A stretch of DNA of 64,000 nt, from contig NC_068991.1 of assembly GCF_001194135.2 (NCBI RefSeq), forward strand, positions 53,743 to 117,742, in the 5' to 3' direction. The DNA comes from Octopus bimaculoides. Its lineage: Eukaryota. Of the stretch, positions 1 through 11,686 are shown one piece after another (positions within the stretch are counted from its first letter, which is position 1; the number at the start of each line of letters is the position of its first letter). The notes under the pieces are model-generated. The model searched no databases, had not been told where the DNA came from, and worked only from the letters and a program-made list of their open reading frames with translations. Position numbers and translations under genes: made by a program.

Positions 1-32
<32 letters not shown>

Positions 33-59
33 ATTTACTTTTCGTAATGAGATAAAAAA

Positions 60-545
60 CCAAAGCTATGTATATTTTAGAACATTTATAATAGAAGGTC
101 TTACAGCTATCTCCAGGATATTTACTATATCCCTTCATCGGAGACGGTGTGAGAGGATAGTTAATTTAGATAAGATAAGAAATAGAGAGTGAATTGGAGG
201 AACAAAAATAGATGTGAGATATGCAGGGATATTGTATTTGTAAATCCATTGTTTAGGCAGAATGGTATACACATAAGATTCCAACACTATATAAGTAAAA
301 TCCAATAGTCTTTAAAATTGGTCATTGTATTTGTAAATCCATTATTTTGGCAGAATGGTATACATATAAGATTCCAATGCCCTATGAGTAAAATCCAACA
401 GTCTTTAAAATTGGTCATTACAAGTACAGAGTTTATACACAGTGTTATATCTTATCTAAATTAACTATTGCTTAACCATCCTTTCACACCATCTCTGATG
501 AAGAGATATAATAAATATCCTGGAAACAGCTGTAAGACCTATTTA
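60..545. mobile_element. Penelope-like element terminal fragments in inverted orientation, enclosing a ~93-bp tandem duplication; the plus copy carries a hammerhead-like core
   Basis: ~97-165 is the reverse complement of ~473-540 (acaccatctctgatgaag...cctggaaacagctgtaagacc). 232-418 is a 2-copy tandem repeat. CTGATGA at 495-501 and GAAAC at 523-527. Confidence 0.45.
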
Positions 546-2328
546 TAAATGTACTATAATGCACACAGCTCATTACGAAAAATAAATTCTTACATTCACA
601 CGCTGATATATGACCTACGTTGGACCCCTTATTCACTTAATCACCGAACCTGGAGCTTAACTATGGTCTATCCATAGCACTTACTCAGCATTACCCGAAA
701 CCTCTGGGTTTCATTGATACCACTACTGCTCATAACCTATGTATATATATATATAAATTGTAAATCCCAAAAATAACAGCAAAAATACAAAGGATTCTGC
801 GGTACACGTGTTTCAAGCTTTATATCAGTGTATAATTTACAATATAAAGCTATCTTCAGCCGCAAAAGTATTTCTCTCCCAGGAAATTACATCACATCAG
901 CGTTAAAGGAGGAAGAAAGGTGTGATATAAGAGGTGAAGATCTGGCATACACAGGTGCTTACAATTGTCAAGTATTACCTCTAAATTTTACTTTANNNNN
1001 NNNNNNNNNNNNNNNNNNNNNNNNNNNNNNNNNNNNNNNNNNNNNNNNNNNNNNNNNNNNNNNNNNNNNNNNNNNNNNNNNNNNNNNNNNNNNNNNNNNN
1101 NNNNNNNNNNNNNNNNNNNNNNNNNNNNNNNNNNNNNNNNNNNNNNNNNNNNNNNNNNNNNNNNNNNNNNNNNNNNNNNNNNNNNNNNNNNNNNNNNNNN
1201 NNNNNNNNNNNNNNNNNNNNNNNNNNNNNNNNNNNNNNNNNNNNNNNNNNNNNNNNNNNNNNNNNNNNNNNNNNNNNNNNNNNNNNNNNNNNNNNNNNNN
1301 NNNNNNNNNNNNNNNNNNNNNNNNNNNNNNNNNNTATATATATATATATATTATGCTGCCATTATAAATGTATCAATAATGGCAGCAGCAGCATCAACAA
1401 CAGCAACAATGAGCAGCAGCAGCTGCTGCAACACTATCGAGAGCAACAGCAGCTTCAATTGAACAAGCAGCACCAACAGCACCTACGACAACATCACCTG
1501 GATTAAGAGGAGCAACAGCAGTAGCAGTAAGAGGAGACCACCACCACCACCGCCACCACCACCACCAACAACAACAATGCCAACAAGGATGCTATGTGAT
1601 GGAACAGCCGTAAGAATTGAGGCTTTAACATTGCAAGAATAACAACAACAACAACAACTACAGCAGCAACAACAACAATAAGAAAACCACTACAATGATG
1701 ATGGTAGAAATGATAAAAGAATTATGGATGGCCAAGTAATACAACAGCAACAATAAAAGCAATAAGAACAACAACAGCAGCAACAACAACTATTCTAATA
1801 ACATTAAAAGGAGGAGTTTAGTTTTAGAGTCTTACTTTCACTTTCGGTTATCACAGATTGAATGTTTTTACACGTGTATCGTGTAATTGTAAGTAGAGTG
1901 AACAAGTCTACCAAGGCATGGCTCAGTATATAATGTAGTAAGAATCCAAGTGTTCCCAAGGCATGGGGTTGTTGGAATAAATGTAAAGAATTCTTCATCA
2001 GATGGAAAGAATATTTCTATTTGTTTTGAATTAATATTAACACCATTCCTATATGAATATCAAAACAACAATGATCACAGCACCACTTATTAGCAAGGTG
2101 TCTATTATACAATCTATTTCACGTGTTCACATTCAGTTAAGCCTCATATTACCCTACAAATAAGCAAATATTTATACACAGCCTTTAAAATTTTATTTAT
2201 CATTAATTTCAAACATTGAATTTTCACTCTTGTTATTTTATTATTCCCAGAGAATATTTTATAGGGATAATTCCGACATTTTAAAATATTTTCTACCAGT
2301 TTGTACTGAGGAATGGACTCCCATCAAT

Positions 2329-2558
2329 ATGGGCAGCGATTATTCAAAGAATCGGAAGTTAAAACAGAGAAAAGTGTCAAGCAAAGTGCAACCATCTGAA
2401 CCAAGCCACTCAGTTGTTATTAGTGAGGTCAGTCGTGGCTTGTCTGAGAGCAATAATGTGGCGAATTACATTACTGACAAACAAAAGGAACTCGTTCTAG
2501 AAACATGGAAAATAGTCCAGTGCAACATGGCCAGAGTTGGTGTTGTGATGTTCATGAA
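2329..2558 (+). CDS. Globin (globin X/neuroglobin-like, N-terminally extended), coding exon 1
   Basis: ATG at 2329: MGSDYSKNRKLKQRK...ITDKQKELVLETWKIVQCNMARVGVVMFM (A and B helices). Donor AA|GTAAGT at 2559 is phase 2, matching the classic B12.2 intron. Confidence 0.88.
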
Positions 2559-3060
2559 GTAAGTTATAAACTGTATATATTCTATATTATGTGTGCATGT
2601 CATTTACATACATGCACACACACATTTTTATTTCATCATATGCACAGTTACATATCAGATTGTCTATCAGAAAAGGTTGATAGCCCCTTATTTACTTATA
2701 ATGTATATGTGTCTGCATCTTTGCATAAACTGTATGTATGCCAGTGTGTAGCCAATATGTGTGTGAATATATTTATGGTGTATATATGTACTTCTAAATG
2801 GATAGGTGTATGCGTGAAAATGTGTGTCACCTTTCATTATTGTTGTTTAGATGGTTCCATCCATAGCCCACACTGCCTTTCTTCTATATATAAGCCAATT
2901 TTGAGCTCCTTTAGAAAATTCTGTTGCTATTTCTCATAGATCGAGTTATCACCCCCTCGCTGGCTCCATTCTATGTGCTGTATATGTGTCTGTTGGTATG
3001 TGAAATATGCACAGGTATAGCAGTGAAGGCAATAACAACATCATCGTTTTATATATGTGT

Positions 3061-3126
<66 letters not shown>

Positions 3127-3439
3127 ACCATGCAATGTAAGATAATGAGAATTAGTCTCAGGTACATCACACAGCCCTTACAATAAATATAAATATGAAT
3201 ATTACATATATGTGCCAGAAAGCAAAAGAGGAGACACAACCAAGTAGAATGTTTAAGAGAAGATTTATTGATGATATGTTAACATGTGTGTCTGTGTGTG
3301 CGTCATGTATACAGAATAATAGACAGGCCATCATGCGAACAAAATGTATGTGCGTGTATAGGCATGGATGTATGCGTGTGTGTTATGTACATATAAGAAT
3401 AGCAATGAAGAAGAGAGTGAAAGAGTCTATAATAAGTTA

Positions 3440-3785
3440 GAAGAATGTTCATAGACACAAGAATGTGAATACATTTCTGGTAAGACAGCTGCAGGAGAAA
3501 TACCTAGCCAAAGATAAACCTCTGTACCTGGCCTTCGTTGACATGGAGAAAGCCTTTGACAGGGTCCCCCGATCCTTTATCTGGTGGTCAATGAGGAAAC
3601 TAGGGATAGATGAATGGTTAGTAAGAGCTGTGTGAGCCATGTAGGGGTCCACCAACGTTCAGTCCTCAGACCCCTCCTATTTATCATAGTCCCCCAGGCA
3701 ATAACAGAGGAATTCAAGACAGGATGCCATTGGGAGCTCCTCTATGCTGATGACCTTGCTCTAATTGTTGAGTCACTATCAGAAC
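3440..3785 (+). mobile_element. RTE-clade LINE reverse transcriptase fragment
   Basis: Encodes ...LYLAFVDMEKAFDRVP... and WELLYADDLALI. Nearly identical to 31440-31830. Truncated by an N gap. Confidence 0.8.
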
Positions 3786-4620
3786 NNNNNNNNNNNNNNN
3801 NNNNNNNNNNNNNNNNNNNNNNNNNNNNNNNNNNNNNNNNNNNNNNNNNNNNNNNNNNNNNNNNNNNNNNNNNNNNNNNNNNNNNNNNNNNNNNNNNNNN
3901 NNNNNNNNNNNNNNNNNNNNNNNNNNNNNNNNNNNNNNNNNNNNNNNNNNNNNNNNNNNNNNNNNNNNNNNNNNNNNNNNNNNNNNNNNNNNNNNNNNNN
4001 NNNNNNNNNNNNNNNNNNNNNNNNNNNNNNNNNNNNNNNNNNNNNNNNNNNNNNNNNNNNNNNNNNNNNNNNNNNNNNNNNNNNNNNNNNNNNNNNNNNN
4101 NNNNNNNNNNNNNNNNNNNNNNNNNNNNNNNNNNNNNNNNNNNNNNNNNNNNNNNNNNNNNNNNNNNNNNNNNNNNNNNNNNNNNNNNNNNNNNNNNNNN
4201 NNNNNNNNNNNNNNNNNNNNNNNNNNNNNNNNNNNNNNNNNNNNNNNNNNNNNNNNNNNNNNNNNNNNNNNNNNNNNNNNNNNNNNNNNNNNNNNNNNNN
4301 NNNNNNNNNNNNNNNNNNNNNNNNNNNNNNNNNNNNNNNNNNNNNNNNNNNNNNNNNNNNNNNNNNNNNNNNNNNNNNNNNNNNNNNNNNNNNNNNNNNN
4401 NNNNNNNNNNNNNNNNNNNNNNNNNNNNNNNNNNNNNNNNNNNNNNNNNNNNNNNNNNNNNNNNNNNNNNNNNNNNNNNNNNNNNNNNNNNNNNNNNNNN
4501 NNNNNNNNNNNNNNNNNNNNNNNNNNNNNNNNNNNNNNNNNNNNNNNNNNNNNNNNAATACAACAGGGATGGTAAGACAAATGATTTGTAATGAACCATC
4601 TTTGTATTCTTATTTATATG

Positions 4621-4977
4621 TCACTGGCACCAAACGTGTGACTCTAAGCCACCAAATGCTTTTGCTGCCCTTTGAATTCGCAGACGTATTTCTGTATCAA
4701 GATTTCCATCATTTTGTACAGAGCTTCCAAGGTAGATGAACAAATCGACAACCTCGAGTAACTTACCCTTAACAAAAATTTTAGTGGGGTTACAAACAGC
4801 ACCACACGCAGGTTGATGCATTACAACTGTTTTTCTCATGTTGATGGTGAAGCCAAAATCATCACAAACTGAATCAAATACAGATACAAGAGATTGTAGA
4901 CCTGTTTCAGAATGACTGACAAGATCACAATCGTCAACATATAAAAGTTCCCTAATGAGTGAAGTAAAAACCTTCAT
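4621..4977 (-). mobile_element. RTE/BovB-like LINE RT fragment
   Basis: IRELLYVDDCDLVSHSETGLQ...FIYLGSSVQNDGNLDTEIRLRIQRAAKAFG. Confidence 0.8.
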
Positions 4978-5733
4978 TTGGAATTTCAGTCTGGTCAGAT
5001 TAAAAACATTCCCTGTTGTTCAATATTTTATGTAAATACCCTCCTCAGAGTTTTAAAAAGCATGTGACGACACAACAGCAAAGTATTTTGCAAAGAGGGT
5101 GGGTGTATCAAGGTCTCTTTGCTTTACTCTATTTTCCATTCTGAGGGCTACTACTACTACTACTACTATTGCTGCTGTGAAATATGTAATGTCAGAGGGG
5201 CTCTAGAAGCTGCTAGAAATGAAGACTCTGAAAGGAAAATTGGGTTTGAAATTCTTGAGACACTAGACACGATCCCTGATCAAAGAGACATCCTGGGAGA
5301 GTAGAAGTCCTAAATGTCAGTACATCGGTCCTCTCAGGGGCCTTCTGTCCCAACAATAACAACATAAAGTGGCAACTGAAAGAAGGTCTCCATTACTGCC
5401 AACACTATCAGCAACATCCTCGTCACCACCTCACCACCATTATCACAAGCATCACCAACATTACAAGCACAAACACAACCTAATTCACATGCACGCGCAC
5501 GCACACACACACATACACATGTATCTGTGTGTGTCATAGTAGTTCCCCACCACCACTGCTTGATAACCAGTGTTTGCGTGTTTACGACATTGTAACTTAG
5601 CGCTTCAGCAAGAGAGACCGATAGAATAAGTACTAGGCTTTAAAAATAAAGGTCTTGTCGTTTGACTCTTCAAAGCAGTGCCCCAGTATGACCGCAGTCT
5701 AATAACTGAAACAAGTAAAAGATAAAAGATCAG

Positions 5734-5734
<1 letters not shown>

Positions 5735-5765
<31 letters not shown>

Positions 5766-5790
5766 TTGTTGTTGTTGTTGTTGTTGTTGT

Positions 5791-5828
<38 letters not shown>

Positions 5829-5845
5829 GTGATGGTGATGATGAT
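5735..5845. repeat. Compound trinucleotide microsatellite (TAC)n(TGC)n(TGT)n(TGA)n abutting the globin exon 2 acceptor
   Basis: Read directly from the sequence. Confidence 0.95.
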
Positions 5846-5854
5846 CTTTTTCAG

Positions 5855-6080
5855 TCTTTTTGAGACCCACCCTGACGTTCGAGACGTGTTCATGCCATTT
5901 CGTGGTCTGGCAACAGAAGATATGAAACAGAACTCACGTTTAATTTCTCATGCATTTCGGGTGATGGGGACAGTCGAGAAATGTCTTGCCCGTATAAATG
6001 AACCAAGGAGACTAGAAGATATGCTCAAGAATCTTGGCGCCCGACATGTTATGTACAATGCTAAAGTTGATTACATTGAT
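5855..6080 (+). CDS. Globin coding exon 2 (heme-binding core)
   Basis: Acceptor ttttcag|T. LFETHPDVRDVF (Pro C2, Phe CD1), LISHAFRVMGTV (His E7), LGARHVMY (His F8). Donor GAT|GTAAGT at 6081 is phase 0, matching G7.0. Confidence 0.93.
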
Positions 6081-7550
6081 GTAAGTATGTTTGTTGCTGT
6101 TGTTGTTGGTGGTGGTGTGTTGTTTTTACTGTTTTGATTGTTGTTGGTCAGTCTCTTAATCCATTGGGTCTAAACACCACCACCAAAAAACTCCCATGTC
6201 ATATGGTGTGTCTTGGACGTCATCAACCCTAACCCCACATAAAGTTGTAATAACGAGGAATTGGGACTTAAACTGAAAAGGTTGACAGAACACTCGTTCA
6301 TTCAAGTGGTTGGCCTTTTTTCTCCTATTTTTCACCTATTTACAGAACTGCATTTTTATCATTACTCAGGCTTTTGGGTAACATACATGTGGTGTTGGTG
6401 GAGGTGTATGGCTTACTGGTCTCAGTGTTGTACTCACAATCATAACATTGTGGTTTTGATTCTTGGACCGTATGGTGTTTTGTGTTCTTGAGCAAGACAC
6501 TTCATTTCACATTGCTCCAGTCCATTCAGCTGGCAAAAAGGAATAATTCTGTGAATGACCAGCATCCCGTCCAGTGGGGATTATATTCGTCACAGAATCT
6601 AGAAAACTGGTCTTAAGAGCCCATGGCTTGGGGGAGAGTTTTGATCCTTTTTGGCATATGATATTGTTTTGTCTTCACCAATTTTTTGTTAAGATTTTCC
6701 TTGGGGAGGATCCAGAGTGTGTCAATCGTATATTAAATCCCTTCCAATGGATTGCATGGCGGATTGCAGCACCTTAGCACTGATGGACCACATTAGAAAT
6801 GAGATTCACATGACAAACAGTAAATGCAGTGAGGCAGGAAACAAAGGACCAGCTAAATGCCAAGACATCACCAGACCAGCAAGTAAAACCGACAAAGTCA
6901 AAGACTGACACAGTCTTTTTGAAAGTGTTTCATTTTAACGAAAAATCCATTTCTGCAATCCACCATACGACCTGTAAGGAGGGAGTAAATATACAATTGA
7001 CACACTCTGGATCCTCTCTGAGGGAGATCCTCTAACTTAAACTGTCTGATTAAAAATGAAAAATTATATCAGCGATCCTATGCAGTGTATAAAATAATGT
7101 GTAGTAAATGTAATGAATTCTACATTGGAAGAGAACCATCAGACAAGTATACATGCAAGTTAAAAACACTTCTATGCTAATACTTCTTTCATGAAAAAAC
7201 ATCTTCAGAAATGTCACAACCAAGATATCCAAGTTTCTATTGAAGCTACAGAAAGAAACATTGAGAACTCGAGAATAAGATAAGCCTTCTTAATTAGCAA
7301 GATCAACCCATTTATTAACAACAGAACCGAGCTGCACGTAGCTGATTGGCTGCTATAGCAATGCAAAACAATCCTTCATATACACACTACGGAACACAGA
7401 TGTTCAGCTAACACCATTTCTTCAAAGATTTCTTAAGAAGGAGTCCTAACTCTGAAATATAAAAATACAAAGTAAAAGTATTAACCATCAGCTTGTAATA
7501 TTTCTTTCATTTGCATTACTTTGAGTTTGTAAAAAAAAAAAACTAAATAC

Positions 7551-7611
<61 letters not shown>

Positions 7612-7639
7612 TATGTGTGTGTGTGTGTGTATGTATATT

Positions 7640-8540
7640 AAGACAAACTCTAAAGTCTTTTATAGATATGCAAAAAAGTCTGCTTCAGTATGGTACAAGG
7701 TAGGGTCACTGTTCAAAGAAAATGGTTCGCTGACTGTAGACTTCAAGAAAATCAGTGATGACATCACTGATTTTGATGACATCAAAGTAGAGAAAACAGA
7801 TGTAATATCGGTTATTGATGAAATGAGCTCAAACTCAATCCCAGGCCCTGGTAGATTTCCAGCAATCCTCCTGAAGAAATGCAAAGGGGCTCTAGCAAGA
7901 CCACTACAGATTGTCTTCTTGAGTCTCCTTGCAACTTGGAGACTTCCAACAAAGTTAAATGGAGGTAGCAGAGCAGAGGCTAAAAATTATAGACCTGTCT
8001 TTCTAACCTCCCTGTCAGTAAAATCATGGAACTCATTGTCAGCAGAAAACTGACAGCATTCCTTGATGATAATAACCTGCTCCTTGACACTCAGCATGGC
8101 TTCCACTCAGAAAGAAGCTGCTTTAAATGGCTTTTGCAGCATTATGACTGAGTATTGAAATAATTAATGACTGAGTGTTGAAATAATTAATTGCATGTTG
8201 TTTTCTGCAGCCCATTTATGTATGGCACCTAGTTCTTTCAGTAGAGGATTAGCACCAAAAGGTTCCTTGACTGCTTGTACTGCTTTTGTGTCGTCGGCAT
8301 AGCTAGTAAGTGTGGTTGTCTGTGTAACTGATGGCATGTCTGAAAAAGCCACGATGAACAGTAGTGGCCCCAATACAGTTCCCCGAGACACTCCACTCCA
8401 TTGGCTGTCACGGACTGGCTTCTGTCTTTTAAGAAGACATGCAACCACCCACCCAGTTTTCCGACTATGTCGAGTTTCCGAAGCTTGTGGGATATCATCT
8501 TATGATCTACCTTATCAAAGGCCTTTCGAAAATCAAAATA
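7640..8540. mobile_element. Decayed CR1/Jockey-like LINE RT region; 5' part on +, continuing part inverted on -
   Basis: Plus: LLKKCKGALARPLQIVF...KNYRPVFLTSL. Minus: FDFRKAFDKVDH, SGVSRGTVLGPLLFIV, SYADDTK. Confidence 0.75.
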
Positions 8541-8880
8541 TCTCTCGACTTTTCTTTCTTCCTTGTCACATACCTTATTGTCAACTGGGCATGCTATATC
8601 TATGATCCAGCATAGTTTGTTTTCTTTCTCAATTAAGACTATGTCTGGCTTCCTATTCTCAATCTCATGGTCGCACTGAATCATAAAATCCCATCGGATC
8701 TTTGCATTTCCATTTTCGATGATGCCTTCGAGTTTATGGTCATCCCAATCTTTTGCTCTGTCAAGTCCATACTTGTTACAAAGTGTCCAATGAACAAGCC
8801 TGGCTATATTGTCGTGGTGTCTCTTATATTCCTTCTGGGCTAGTGGTGTACATTATTGGCTGGTAATATACCAAATGGTT
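8540..8880 (-). mobile_element. R4/Dong-like non-LTR element restriction-like endonuclease fragment
   Basis: IQCDHEIENRKPDIVLIEKENKLCWIIDIACP, a PD..D RLE motif. Confidence 0.65.
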
Positions 8881-9488
8881 TCACCGTTTTTTTCCACAGA
8901 TTCTGCACATATCACTTTCTGGTGTACTGTCTATTCTGTATTTTATATAGTTTGTTCTTAGTACTTGCTCTTGGGCAAATAAATACTTTCTTAAAACTCC
9001 ATCCTTCAACAGGTCGTTATAACAACAAATTTTTATTGTCAAAACTGCTGACTCTGACATTTCATATTATTGTGTACCTAATCAATCTTATCTGTTACAA
9101 TCGGTAACTACACAAAAATATTATCGTTACATATATTATAAGGAGAAAATGGAGAGTTTTAACTGATAAACTTCAATTTATTTACATATTGTCAAAATTC
9201 TCTGTTACCTACAATTCTTTCCATACTTAACTCGTTCGATTACAAATTAAAAAATTAAAAGTTGCAGCTTGAAAATAGCAAGTTAAATACTTCCTCGGGG
9301 TGAGAATTAGACAGAAAATGAATCGATTGTGTGATCATCAACAGATTCAACATTGGTATATATATATGTCAATATTGGTGTGTGTGTGTGTGTGTGTTAA
9401 TATTTTTTTGTGCGTGCATAAACACTTATCCCTTTCCAACAATTATTTTCAACAACTTCACCTAATTCTAGATTTGTTTCTGTTACAG

Positions 9489-9620
9489 TTAATTGGTCCT
9501 CAGTTCATTCTGGCTATCAAACCTGAAGTTGGTGACCACTGGTCGCTGGAAGTTGAAGAAGCTTGGTCAGATCTCTTTAAGTTAATTACACATATCATGA
9601 AAGCTGCTATGGCATTTTAA
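9489..9620 (+). CDS. Globin coding exon 3 (G and H helices, stop)
   Basis: Acceptor tgttacag|. LIGPQFILAIKPEVGDHWSLEVEEAWSDLFKLITHIMKAAMAF*. Spliced CDS is 588 nt = 195 aa. Confidence 0.9.
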   Translation, partial: LIGPQFILAIKPEVGDHWSLEVEEAWSDLFKLITHIMKAAMAF

Positions 9621-10236
9621 AAATCATTTCAACCAACCGAAACTGGTTTATTTTTGATTCGTGGTAGAGTTGTGATTGTCGGTTGATGTCCACCCACAGA
9701 AACAACAGACGAATATCTGGAATTTGCCAAATGGCAAAAAATAGAATGGAGCAAGAATTCTCTTTCCATTTCTATTTTTTGTTATTTTTATCATAAATAA
9801 TTGTCATCTTTGCCAACATCATCACAATCATCATCATGAAATGACAAAGGAAGCTTCTGTGTTGCAACTTATCTTGATAGAAATAGCAAACAAATCTCCT
9901 TCATGTCACGTCTCATAGCTTTAAATACACAAAGAACACATTAGTTAATATAATCCTAGATAAGCCTAACAAAGACATGATTGCGACTGAATGACATGGA
10001 TCACATGTTTTCTCAATAAGAGTGGATTTGCAGCTCAACATCAACGACAATCATTATCATCAAAGATGGAAGCAATCAACAAAATTCATATTCATAATCA
10101 TCCATGTTTCTTTAACAAGAGCAACAGCATCAACAACAATGAGTGACAAGAATGTTTCTCAAGAATAAATGCTCCCGTTATAGTTTTCATTACCCACATC
10201 TTAATCAGCCTCTCTTCTTTCTTCTCTGTATCTTGG

Positions 10237-10298
<62 letters not shown>

Positions 10299-10339
10299 TA
10301 TGGTGCTAGTGTTTACTCCTTATGCAGAGTCTGACCCCC

Positions 10340-11150
10340 TCCTGTACCTACACCTTAGAACCATCATGACATCTGATGTGGCTTTTTAGACCAGACAATG
10401 TTCTGGAAAGACACCCACGTAGATTGCACATCCAATTTGGACTATCAAGAGCTGCAGATAAGTTCTGATCTTTGTGGATCTTAAAATGTCTTTTGAGGCC
10501 TCCGTTAGATTTGCAAACTTTCTGGCATACACTACCCACAAGGTGTGCACAGACATATAGTCAGAATAGTTGGTGGAGGTTCGTTTTCCATGGGTTCGCA
10601 AATGAGATTTGAGTCCAGCAAAAGAAAGGCATCGTCTGTCACAAACTGTGTACCCAGAAAAGTCATTGTGATTCACCTTCTCGATCGCAACATTCTTCCT
10701 TAGATCTCTTTTGAGTCTTACTTGCGTTATCCTGGCCTCTTCAAACGCTTTCACTCCACTCCACACTTTTGTTTCCCATCCAACTCGATCCGAAGCAAGT
10801 GTTTCTATGTCCTCTGAAACCATTCCAAGTGACTTCATAGTAGTCATTATGCCGTCCTTAAACCTTTATTTAGGTTTACACTGATAGCATTTCCCTTCCG
10901 CAAGCTCACCATAAAACAGCTGTTTCAGCATGCGTTCATCCGCCATTCAAACAATATGGCCACACCATCTCATTTGGTTCCTCAAAATCATAGCTTTTAT
11001 TGAGGTGATGCCTGCATATGCAAGGACATCTGTCTTTGGAGTAAAAGAACTCCATTTTGATTAACAGTATCGAATGCTTTGCTCAAATCAACAAAGCGAT
11101 GGTATAGAGCAAGATTCTGTTCAATGTACTTTTCTTGTAATTGTCTGATA
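10340..11150 (-). mobile_element. RTE-like LINE 3' region with C2H2 zinc-finger remnants
   Basis: LASDRVGWETKVWSGVKAFEEAR...VCDRRCLSFAGLKSHLRTH and VCQKVCKSNGGLKRHFKIH. Confidence 0.7.
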
Positions 11151-11589
11151 GTAAAGATACAATCAGCTGTGTCCCTGGAGGAACAAAAGCTACATATATA
11201 TTAAGTGAAGACATTGAGTGAAATGCTTCATTCTGAAATACAAAATCAACAAACCCTCATTAACAATAAATTTACCTCCAGTCCATAAGTTATATACATA
11301 AGAAAAAGAAAAAACCCTATTTTTGTGGAAAAGATACCCTCAAGAAGATTTTAGATTATTTGGTCTAAGACATAGAATAATGATCAACAAATGTAGAATT
11401 TAGTGTGTAACAAGATTTTGTGTTGCTTCTTTTCATATCCATTAATAACAGCAAGGTGTTGGGATGTTAAACCAATTCTGTGATGCAGCAATTTTGCTTC
11501 CCATATCATCGGAGCTATGCACACACGGCACTTTATTCATGCTACAATAAGCATTTTCTTTGTACCTTCAGTAATATTAAAACCAAGGG

Positions 11590-11649
11590 ATCATCATCAT
11601 CACCATCATCATCACCACCACCACCACCACCATCATCACCACCACCACC

Positions 11650-11683
<34 letters not shown>

Positions 11684-11686
11684 TCA
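11590..11686. repeat. (CAT/CAC)n microsatellite
   Basis: Read directly. It explains the spurious poly-His and poly-Pro ORFs. Confidence 0.95.

Noticed and set aside
1370-1800. Gln/Thr/Ser-rich, coding-like triplet region
   Set aside because: Mixed (CAG)/(CAA)/(CAC) microsatellite with stops in all frames and no splice support.
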